Source: Octopus bimaculoides
Lineage: Eukaryota
Assembly (NCBI RefSeq): GCF_001194135.2
Contig: NC_069003.1
Span: 21,991,317-22,037,202, forward strand
DNA: 45,886 nt
Direction: 5' to 3'
Below, piece after piece: positions 9,378-19,789 of the stretch. Each line of letters starts with the position of its first letter. Within the stretch, counting starts at the first letter, position 1. The translations under genes were made by a program, and so were the position numbers. The notes beneath the pieces were generated by a model. That model had not been told where the DNA came from. It saw only the letters and a list, made by a program, of their open reading frames with translations, and did no database searches.

Positions 9378-10181
9378 ATGGAGCCTTCAACATCCAACAC
9401 CGTGTACGCTACTAAAGAATCATTCGACGCCTTCATCAAAAATTCGAATTTGCTGCCGTATACTTGGGTATACAGATGGAATGAGGATAATGAATTCACG
9501 TGGGACGAATCTCCTACAATCGGCAAGGCGCTCGAGACGATAAGATACACACAGTCACCACAAGCGCAATACTTTATGAACATAATATCAAGACACCCTT
9601 CCATTGTAATTTACCACAAAGAGGCGCAAAGTAAGATTAAACACTGCTACGACAGAAAACATTTTCACGTCATTTCGTTCCACAAGGAACATCCGTCCAA
9701 CCAACACAGCTTTCAAATGCTAAAAAACATACTAAAGAACAATATAGCGAGACCATACACAATGGCCGCCATGAAAGTGTTCACACCGTACGGCTTCTGC
9801 AAATACCTCACACAGGACGATTCCTTAAGATGGGTTGTCTGTGCAAACAACATCAACTCCGAACAGACAGCTCTACTGAAAAAACTAACTGATAAAGAAT
9901 ATCACGAAAGCGATAATGATTTATCGGACACCGAATCGGTTAACAAAACAAAGACTGTCAGAGGTGACAAGTACGACTTTATTAAAAAGATGATGCGCCA
10001 ATGCAACAGCACAGACTTGGGAGACATCATCCAGTACTGCAACAACTCACCAAAAATATCTCACAAAACGACATGGCAGAATATATACAGAAATACAGCA
10101 AATATACAAACCATAATATCAGCAGCAGCTACTGAAACAAATATAGAAACGCTGAGCACTTACATTCCCTTCCACGGATAG
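9378..10181 (+). CDS. NS1/Rep-like protein, N-terminal HUH endonuclease domain; truncated before the SF3 helicase, last codons LINE-derived
   Basis: IVIYH...KHFHVISFH (HUH, H95/H97) and FCKYLTQ (candidate catalytic Tyr143). Good start context gccagcgATGg. No Walker A motif. The ORF runs into Tx1 sequence at 10162 and stops at TAG 10179-10181. Confidence 0.75.
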   Translation: MEPSTSNTVYATKESFDAFIKNSNLLPYTWVYRWNEDNEFTWDESPTIGKALETIRYTQSPQAQYFMNIISRHPSIVIYHKEAQSKIKHCYDRKHFHVISFHKEHPSNQHSFQMLKNILKNNIARPYTMAAMKVFTPYGFCKYLTQDDSLRWVVCANNINSEQTALLKKLTDKEYHESDNDLSDTESVNKTKTVRGDKYDFIKKMMRQCNSTDLGDIIQYCNNSPKISHKTTWQNIYRNTANIQTIISAAATETNIETLSTYIPFHG

Positions 10182-10484
10182 TGAGAAAGGGGAGTGGCAC
10201 ACTGTACCACCAAAGAAAAAAACGGAGAAGGAAGACAAAAGAAACAAGTGACAAAGAGGGGAGGCGTGAAAAAGGTGAGCTTCCCAACATCATCAACAAC
10301 ACCTTCTCCACCGCAAACACCAAAAATGAACATCTATTAAACTTTTTAGAAAACAGTACAAATACAAATACCACAAACTTCATTATACCCTTATACAACG
10401 CACCCCCAGCACACATACTCACACTATAGATAACCGAAGAAAACTACAATAAAATAAAAGAAAAGTTTCCGAATGATGTTGGCT
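10162..10484 (+). mobile_element. Tx1 copy 1 ORF1 C-terminal part, right of the EVE
   Basis: Matches 14338-14642 (DSEKGEWHTVPPKKKRRRK...KIKEKFPNDVG), then breaks off into the 5' UTR of copy 2. Confidence 0.85.
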
Positions 10485-13190
10485 TTGAACATTTCTATTT
10501 TCACATTTTAGCGCATAATATTTTTGCAAAATGTCGTTGAAGAGAGCATCGAACTGTTCTCTTCTCCCTGCTTCACTCCCCGACAAAAAGAACGATGTGT
10601 CAAGTCACTTTCTCATATACACTTCCTAGCTCTCACCTCCACCATTGCTCCTACACTGGAGAAGGAGGAAGAAACAAAATAACACCAAGACCACAACCAG
10701 TTGCCATTGAAATGGTTTCGCTTCCGCAGCTAAACAGAGCTCGGAAGAAATCAAAGTTACAATGGCAGAAATAAACAATGCTAAGGAGTTGTTAAGAAAA
10801 GATGGCAATAATGTCTTTCTTAACACTCCACAAGCATTGATACAAGCAACGAACAGAAGAACAATAATATACAAGGTGTTCAACACAAGATACCACAAGA
10901 TGGAGAGTGCTACCCTACAGAGATTGGAGATAGCTCTAAAGCCCATATAGGGCCAGAAAAGTTTTGTAACTAAAGGGAAGTGCTTTGGAACAGTGGAAGT
11001 GCACTTCCCAACAGAAGAGGATGCCATCCGGCACTCCACAACACCACTGAAGGTGGCGATCTATTACTCGTGCCGACATACCTTGGTCGGCGCATGACAA
11101 AAATAAAACTAGATCAAGTGCCGCCAGAACTGAACATCTCCTGGCTAGTGGCAGCTGTGCTCTTTGACATTGAAGAGACTGCCACTATTNNNNNNNNNNN
11201 NNNNNNNNNNNNNNNNNNNNNNNNNNNNNNNNNNNNNNNNNNNNNNNNNNNNNNNNNNNNNNNNNNNNNNNNNNNNNNNNNNNNNNNNNNNNNNNNNNNN
11301 NNNNNNNNNNNNNNNNNNNNNNNNNNNNNNNNNNNNNNNNNNNNNNNNNNNNNNNNNNNNNNNNNNNNNNNNNNNNNNNNNNNNNNNNNNNNNNNNNNNN
11401 NNNNNNNNNNNNNNNNNNNNNNNNNNNNNNNNNNNNNNNNNNNNNNNNNNNNNNNNNNNNNNNNNNNNNNNNNNNNNNNNNNNNNNNNNNNNNNNNNNNN
11501 NNNNNNNNNNNNNNNNNNNNNNNNNNNNNNNNNNNNNNNNNNNNNNNNNNNNNNNNNNNNNNNNNNNNNNNNNNNNNNNNNNNNNNNNNNNNNNNNNNNN
11601 NNNNNNNNNNNNNNNNNNNNNNNNNNNNNNNNNNNNNNNNNNNNNNNNNNNNNNNNNNNNNNNNNNNNNNNNNNNNNNNNNNNNNNNNNNNNNNNNNNNN
11701 NNNNNNNNNNNNNNNNNNNNNNNNNNNNNNNNNNNNNNNNNNNNNNNNNNNNNNNNNNNNNNNNNNNNNNNNNNNAACATCTATTAAACTTTTTAGAAAA
11801 CAGTACAAATACAAATATCTCAAACTTCATTATACCCTTATACAACGCACCCCCAGCACACATACTCACACTAAAAATAACCGAAGAAAACTACAATAAA
11901 ATAAAAGAAAAGTTTCCGAAAGATGTTGGATCGCTACGGAGAAGTTTCTCCCAAAGCCTTTATCAGAATTTAGTGGAAACACCCACACGGAAACATAGGG
12001 GAGCCACCCCACCAGAAAACAATAAGTAGAGCTTTTTCTCCTCTAATACTTTCCTATTTTTTAAAAAGAAACATGGTAATTCTCAGACTCGGAAGTATAA
12101 ACGTGAGAGGCCTCGGGTCGCCTTGGAAGCAAGGTCACCTGTTGAACGACCTGGTCTTACAGTATAGATGTAGTAGCCATTAGCGAAACCAGGCTCTCTG
12201 ACCCGCAGGAACTCGCAGCCCTTTTCGGTGGATACGAGATTTTTCTATCTCTGTGTCGGCCGGGAGCGGGCGGTGGGGGTACTGTGGTGCTATTTCGGAA
12301 AGGCCTGGATTTGAAAATAAAGGCAGTCTTCCTGGATCCAGAAGATAAGTTGGTGGTCCTGGATGTTGATAGTAGTGACGGCGCTGCCTACGCTCCGACA
12401 GGAGCAGGGCAGTCGGATTATTTCAAACGTCTGGAGGTTTTCCTGGGTACTTCTCGCACTTTAGTGCTAGTTGGGGATTGGAACGCTGTCTNNNNNNNNN
12501 NACGTCTGGAGGTTTTCCTGGGTACTTCTCGCACTTTAGTGCTAGTTGGGGATTGGAACGCTGTCTTAGACGAACGTATCGATAGGGTGGGTGCGGGAGC
12601 ATCTGATAGGAGAGTGGGGTGCAAGAGCCTCGCCAACCTGCTCAAACGCTTTCAGCTGTCCGACAGGTATCGACTAGACAACCCGAATGTGCCAATGTGG
12701 ACTTGGACTAATCGCATTGGGTCGTCTAGATTGTACTTAGATAGAGTTTTCTGTAGGCCAGCAGATAAGGATAGCATAGGGTGTCCACAATTCAACTACA
12801 CAGACCACAAATTCGTGATCTGTACGGTCGACTTAGATAGGCTCCATAGACAAGGTCCCGGTTACTGGAAGCTAAACATGTCGTTAACGGAGTGCAAAGC
12901 CTACAGAGACCGGATTAGTTTATTAGTTAAGAGGGCATTAACCGGGGTAATCATCAATAACAACTGGTGGTTCACCCTCAAGCGGGCAATTAGAGCAGAA
13001 TCGATTAGGTGTAGTAAGGCTTTAGCTGTAGAACGTAAGAAAACAGAGTGGGATTTAGTTAACAAACTAGACGAGGCTCTTAGGACAGGCATCAGAACCG
13101 ATGTGCTGGCAGCCAGGTTGGCCCTTGACCAACACTTTGACGCCAAACACGAAGGCTGCATTGTCAGAGCTAAGGCATGTTCGGTAAGCA
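10485..13190 (+). mobile_element. Tx1/L1-clade LINE copy 2: ORF1 (gap inside) and ORF2 APE endonuclease, truncated before RT
   Basis: ORF1 stop at 12027-12029. ORF2 ATG at 12073 (MVILRLGSINVRGL). APE motifs ETR, AAYAP, VGDWNAVLD, WTW, YLDRVF, TDHKFV, then GPGYWKLN typical of L1/Tx1 ORF2. No RT motifs follow. Confidence 0.85.
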
Positions 13191-13227
13191 GCTCGTCTCT
13201 TTAACAGAGCTGCAATCCTGGATCAAA

Positions 13228-13410
13228 CGTAGACCAGCACACATACTCACACTAAAGATAAGCAAAGAAAATTACAATAAAATAAAAGACTGCCACTATT
13301 CTGGAGGTGCATAGAATGAAAGAGAAAAACTGGTCGGGTATGGGAATGCAGCTCCTTGTTCAAATTGAACCAGGTATCATAAATGCCATACCCAACGCAA
13401 TAAACTTGCC
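13228..13410 (+). mobile_element. Mosaic of rejoined Tx1 ORF1 fragments
   Basis: An ORF1 C-terminal piece (ccagcacacatactcacactaaa) is joined to a more 5' piece (gactgccactattctggagg...gcaataaacttgcc), i.e. out of native order. Confidence 0.75.
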
Positions 13411-14827
13411 TGTTTTAATTTTTTATATATTTGTGTAGTCAAGCCAACTAGGTTCTGGAGCTAGTCGGTTAGGCGAAATTTTCGTTTGAACATTTCCATC
13501 TTCACATTTTAGCGCATAATATTTTTGCAAAATGTCGTTGAAGAGAGCAGCGAGCTGTTCTCTTCTCTCTGCTTCACTCCCCGACAAAAAGAACGACATG
13601 TCAAGTCGCATTTCACCCCGCCCAGCTAACACCATAAAAGGCAAAGTTTTGAATGCCGAGGAACGTTCTGCCACGTGCAGTGTTCCTGATTCCAGTCTGT
13701 TTAACAGACTTTCTCATATACACTTCCCAGCTCTCACCTCCACCATTTTCCTACACCGGAGAAGGAGGAAGAAAAAAACAATAATATACAAGGTGTTCAA
13801 CACAAGATACCACAAGATGGTTGGAGATAGCTCTAAAGCCCATATAGGGCCAGAAAAGTTTTGTAACTAAAGGGAAGCGCTTTGGAACAGTGGAAGTGCA
13901 CTNNNNNNNNNNAATAAAACTAGATCAAGTGCCGCCAGAACTGAACATCTCCTGGCTAGTGGCAGCTGTGCTCTTTGACATTGAAGAGACTGCCACTATT
14001 CTGGAGGTGCATAGAATGAAAGAGAAAAACTGGTCGGGTATGGGAATGCATCTCCTTGTTCAAACTGAACAAGATAGCATGCCATACCTGACGCAATAAA
14101 CTTGCCGGATGGCAGTAGGATACACGTTGCTGTAGAGGGCCGCAGACCAAAGTGCTACCTCTGCAGCAGCGAACAACACCTAAAGAAACACTGCCCCATC
14201 TACAAGCAAAGATTGGAGGCACACAAAAGAAGAAAATTCCTGCTGCAACAACAACAACAGCCAAAAGCATCCACACCACCATCTCCACCCATCACCAAAC
14301 CAACAACAGCAACAGAATTTTCGCCAGACCATACAGACATTCCCTTCCCAGATCAGCTCGGATTGTGCGAGCATGGATAGTGAGAAAGGGGAGTGGCACA
14401 CTGTACCACCAAAGAAAAAACGGAGAAGGAAGACAAAAGAAACAAGTGACAAAGAGGGGAGGCGCAAAAAAGGTGAGCTTCCCAACATCATCAACAACAC
14501 CTTCTCCACCGCAAACACCAAATACAAATATCTCAAATTTCATTATACCCTTATGCAACGCACCCCCAGCACACATACTCACACTAAAAATAACCGAAGA
14601 AAACTACAATAAAATAAAAGAAAAGTTTCCGAATGATGTTGGATCGCTACGGAGAAGTTTCTCCCAAAGCCTTTATCAGAATTTAGTGGAAACACCCACA
14701 CGGAAACATAGGGGAGCCACCCCACCAGAAAACAGTAAGTAGAGCTTTTTCTCCTCTAATACTTTCCTATTTTTTAAAAAGAAACATGGTAATTCTCAGA
14801 CTCGGAAGTATAAATGTGAGAGGCCTC
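13411..14827 (+). mobile_element. Tx1 copy 3: 5' UTR, ORF1 with CCHC zinc knuckle, first codons of ORF2 only
   Basis: CYLCSSEQHLKKHC (C-X2-C-X4-H-X4-C) at 14153-14194. ORF2 ATG at 14786; homology ends at gagaggcctc (14827). Confidence 0.85.
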
Positions 14828-17087
14828 TGAAATAGTTGAAGAATGCATTTCACCCTCCTCACACCACTACACTGCTAATATTAATTCATACCGAATAAAG
14901 AATTATAAAGTTAGAATGATTTTTTTTATTTAACTGTAATAAAGTGAGAGCTCAGCTAACATATTTCCATGAACCACATAGATTAATGGTCAAAGAACTG
15001 CATACTGATAGTCAAAGAGCCACCTTGGCTACCCCTGATATATACACCCAGAAAGACCACCCTCCGAGTAGTCTTTATGCTGGTTGCTAAATGATATTTA
15101 CATGTTGACTCCCATTTTGAGTAATTTTTCTGAATCATTACATCTAATTTTCTTTCTTCAATGATTGCTTGGTGTATGTAGGCCTCAGATTTTGAAGGAG
15201 GTTGAGGATAGCCCTTCTACCCCCAGTCATCATCTGGTAGTAGAAAAGGGTATAGCAGCAGAACAAACGGCAATAACCCTAAAAATACTGAAGGCACACA
15301 TAAAAAGGCTTTCTTTACAAAAGTGACTTCCCATATTGAGCTGTACAGTTTCTTGCTGGAGAAGAATTGGGCCTAGCAGGAGCATGCCACCTAATTTAGA
15401 AATTGTGAAGTACTGACAAGTAGTAGAAAGAGCCCTCCAAAATGTACAAGAACACATCCAGTACGTATCCAGGACAAAGCAGTTTAGGTATGGGGATTGA
15501 AGTCTTTATTAAAACTGAAGCCCTTGAACTGAAACACTCTATAGTTCCTTGCTTGCAGTGAAGAGTTCATTTTCCTCTTCATGTATTTAGGAAAAAGAAC
15601 AGTGAGGTTAAGAATAACAGGTGTCCCACTGAGCTGATCTCTGGTGGATTCTAAAAGGGAGTGAAACTGCTGATATCAAAAGGCAATGGCAGAGGTAGTC
15701 CGTGGTCTGGGGCCACACCAAAGATTCTTCAGGTTAAGCAAGAATAAAAAAAAAGGGTCCTTTGCAAGTGCTGCAGAAATTTGTAATTTCAAAAAATTGA
15801 TGGTAGAAAAACACCTTTGGCACCCCTGCATGAAATTCAAGCTAAAATGGCTATCAAAACAATTACAGGATCAACAAATTTCCAGCATCAAATGATCCGT
15901 TCCCTCTTTTAGGAATTTGAAATTTCTGTGGCTGCCAGACTCGTTTCTGGGCAGTCCAGATGGACAAAAAAGGGTGTCCGTGAGTTGCTGGATTATGTAA
16001 AGAATATTACAAGGCCTCCTTGAAGCACATGCACAGAAGAATTCTAGTGTTCTTTGCAAAAATGACGATTGTACCCCCGATTCCAACATACCAGGGCATG
16101 TTAAGTGGAACTAGGAGACAAGCAAGGTGTCTCTGAAAGGCTGGCAGAGAAGGTGAATGTTATGCCACCTCTGTTGTTTACCACCTATCATGTTTTGCCC
16201 CAGATACCAACCCATCAGATTGGAGAATGAGGAAAATAAAAACAGCAGCACCAACAATGACTTTAGTAGCATTACTAACACCACAGAAAATAACAAAACT
16301 GTTGCCTCTGTTATCAAGACTACCGAGAGAGCTAGTTTTGCGAGTGCTGTCAGCATAAGCAAACATATCCTTTGCAAATGCCACCTCACTGTTGTAGGTC
16401 TCACATCTCCAAAGACAAGAAAGCATTTCAAAACAAAAACAAAATAGGAACGCCTATCATATGTGGTATACTAGCACGCTTGCAAGACAATGGTGAGTAA
16501 AAAAACATGTTCATTGTTTCTCTTGCTTCCCACTTCACGGTGCAAATCAGAGTGGTTTCTCAAACTATGACAACACAGCTAAATTTAGCTCTGTTGTGGA
16601 TTAAGTCTACAAAAAAATATTAGCAGCACAGCCTGAAGGTAGGAGAACTTTTGTTTCTGGGGCACAGTGGGAGGGCCTGGGCAACCGAGACTGTAGGTAC
16701 TCGGCCTGCACAAGCAGTCCAATATGGCCTCCGCAGGTGGCTGCAGAGGTAATAGAACATAAAATTATGTCAAGGGTCATAGCGACCTTTGACAAGAAAG
16801 AATTTGCCTTCCTCTTCATGGGCCTCCAACCTGTCAGTACACAGTTGTCTGCAGGCGGCAAGTCAACTTGCTTGGGGGCTCTGATGAGGAGGATTGATTT
16901 TTATGGACTTTTTGATCTCTTTTGATAATTTGTATAATTGATTTTGTGATTTATTTATTGATTGTAAAGGAAACGTTGTGTTCGAGGGCTTGTTGGTCGG
17001 TGGGTGCCAACATCCCTTTCATCTGTATCATCGTTTCCATTTCATCTCATCTTGTGTCCAGCCCACAATCTTCTTCTGTATAAGGCC

Positions 17088-17149
17088 TGTAGTGACGTCA
17101 TATTGGCGTTTTTCTCGCAGACAGTACAAGCACACAACCAAACACAGTA

Positions 17150-17196
<47 letters not shown>

Positions 17197-18345
17197 TGTA
17201 TATCTAACCCACTCTCCTAAAGTAGGGACCCCTTGTTTCTCCCTACAAAGGACCCTATAGTGTGTTTTTCAAGGTCAACGCTAATGGTCGTACAGAAATT
17301 GTGTCTGTTGACCGTCTGAAAATAGCGTATCTTGACAAACCTTCAACTCCCGTGGACGACGTGCTCGTGTTTCAAATGCCGCACACACCACTATCACCAC
17401 ACGCATTGTCAACGCCTTTACCAATGCATACACCAACATCAGCACCATCACAATTACACCACCTTCGTCGTTGCAAAGGAAGCCTAGCGAACCTTATGTC
17501 ACTAGGTTTGGCAGGACGGTGCATTGGCCCACGAAATTGGAAAAAACTATTTACGTTTGATTTATTGTGTTTTTTACTGGACAATTTCAGCTTTTTTTAT
17601 TGAACATTTTTCTTCCATTCAGAGAAAAAAAAACTATGTATCCGGTTCGTAAAAAAGTTACACAAGGAAATTTGGAATGTCCATACGCGGGAGGTTGTGG
17701 AGCTGCGGTGGTGGTGAAGTTGACAGTGGTAATGATGTCCTGTTTAAACTTGGCGACGTCGGGGGAATGCCTGGTACTAGGTATCTTAGTCGGTTGGCTC
17801 TTGCTATTTTTCCATGAGGGGATGTTCCACTCTACAGTGAAGATAAAACCAAGTGTTTGATAAATATTTGTGCCGCATTTTCTGCGTGGTTTCGGTGGCC
17901 ATCTCGCCTCAGATGTCCCTCCAAAATTTTTTTAATTTCGTGTTCCACACTCAAGGGGGAGCCATTGTAGTGACGTCATATTGGCACCAAAAGGCATAGT
18001 CGCCATTGCTGAATCCTTAACCACGCATGCGTGGGTTTCAACATCGAAGCGTTCCCGCTATTAGTCTGCCTCTTTTACCCGCAGACAGCGACCAAGCGAG
18101 ATGTCTAAGCAGGCTCTCTCATTTGAGTGTGGTTGAATGAAGTTGTCTCTACAACGACACCAGCTCGAGGAACATCTACTTTTCAGGCTACTCGGATACC
18201 GGACAATTGGAAGCTGTTTTATTTTCCACCATACAATAAATATTTGTTGTTGTTGATCAGTTTGGAGTTTCTGCGTTCAGTTCACTTCTAATTTAATATA
18301 GGAAAGTTAGGTGTATATCTAATGATATATAACCCACTCTCTTAA
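17088..18345 (+). mobile_element. Internally deleted Gypsy LTR element with 5-bp TSD (AGGCC)
   Basis: Both LTRs start tgtagtgacgtcatattggc (17088 and 17966) and end aacccactctc(c/t)taa. PPT-like aaggggga before 17966. Integrase tail PYKGPY...EIVSVDRLKIAYLD and PYVTRFGRTVHWP. aggcc at 17083-17087 and 18346-18350. Confidence 0.8.
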
Positions 18346-19789
18346 AGGCCTATATGGCCAATCTTGATGAAATAAAGAAGAGCATTAGTTGCAAATCTAC
18401 AAAAGTGGACAGTGCTCAGCCAACACAAGCAGAAAAATGTTGAAGTACAGAAGCACCATACTGCATGTGAACAAAGACAAAAGATTTGGCCCTGTTCTGG
18501 CATTACAGACCAGAGGAAGAGTTACTGAACCAACATGTACAATTTGAATGAACCATGTCAGTTAATAAAAAAAATTATGACTATTTTTAGATTGCTTTTG
18601 GGATATGCCTCATCAGTAAAGAAGAGGCTATGAGATTATCAACAATTTTATATGCACTTTCCATGATTATCTTCTACGAAGACATATGAAGAAATGTGTG
18701 ACATGACAAAGGTCAGGGTTTATGATATTTTACTTCACACACTTCCAGTACACAGAAATGCTGGAGAAATATGGAGAGATAATAGAAACAAAATTCTCAA
18801 CTCTCTTGAACTGGTTGGAAGTCCAGCTAAAGCTTCAAATGTTACTCAACCTTATAAGCCTTGAAACAGTCCCTGACTGCTTTAGTCTAATCTAATAACT
18901 GGAGAACAAATGAGAGTTGTGGTAGAAAGCAGAAGGCCCAGGAGTCAAACTGCAGTGAATTGATAAATGCTCTAGCATAAGTTATTCCTAAGAAGTTCTT
19001 CCAAAAACAATGAAGTCAAGATGCCTCTTTACCAAAAGAAATGACGAAGAAACCAAAAGGTTTTGTGGCCAGCAGCAAATAAGAAGGCCTGTTACATAAC
19101 TTTTGCAGAGAAAGTATACAAGAAGATCTGCAAAATGAAGGGATCAACAAGACAACCTGAAAAAGCTAGCAAGCATAATCTATGAGATAGGCATTGAGTC
19201 CTCTTGAGTAAATGAAGCAGGGTAAAAAGCAGCGAGCTGCTAAGTCCAGCAAAAGCAGGCAAGGAGATTTTATTGGAACCAGACTTTAAGACGTAAAGGA
19301 TGGCTGTTATCAATCAGTGTGAATCATCATCAAGCTAATACTGTCTTGAAAGAAATGGATATGACTGAAAACCTGGTTAGAGAAGAAATACAAGCAGAAG
19401 GCAGGTACCTGTTTGCTTATTTGGCAAATCAGACCTGCATGGTGCTGCTGATCCTGAGATGACGGACTTAAGATTAAATGTCAATGGTCAAATACTACAC
19501 AGGCAGTCAGTCAATCCATAACAAAAGAGAGGAGAGGAGAAGGCCCCTTAATATGTTGCTGATGCCACTGCTACAGCACAACCCAAAAGGACAGCACTGT
19601 TGACACCTCCCAACAACCGATGATGTCCACTAGAACCCAATCACACATGCATACCCCTCCCTTACACTTTGAAACCACATTAACCTTAATAAATAGCCAT
19701 TGTAATTGTTCCTTTCCTTAATCTTTTCTCCCACACATTGACATTTCATCCAATGAATCTTCACATTTAATCATTGTTACACAGTGAAA

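Larger units (their letters stand above)
7842..10161 (+). mobile_element. Endogenous parvovirus-like element (EVE): VP ORF followed by truncated NS1/Rep ORF
   Basis: Non-LINE sequence interrupting Tx1 ORF1. The left flank matches the uninterrupted copy (14315-14354) up to ...cccagatc at 7841, and LINE sequence resumes at 10162. Contains a parvoviral PLA2-capsid ORF and an HUH nuclease ORF. Confidence 0.88.

Noticed and set aside
12427-12566. 65-bp direct duplication in the Tx1 endonuclease
   Set aside because: The identical copies flank a 10-N gap (12492-12501); this is typical of an unmerged contig overlap.
16881-16990. CTGATGA...GAAACGTTGTG hammerhead-like words
   Set aside because: No stem II or stem I pairing visible, and the cleavage triplet would be GUG, which is not NUH.
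18360-19500. Possible decayed LINE reverse transcriptase
   Set aside because: Only faint motif-like traces (MLEKYGE, DGCYQS); not enough to support a call.
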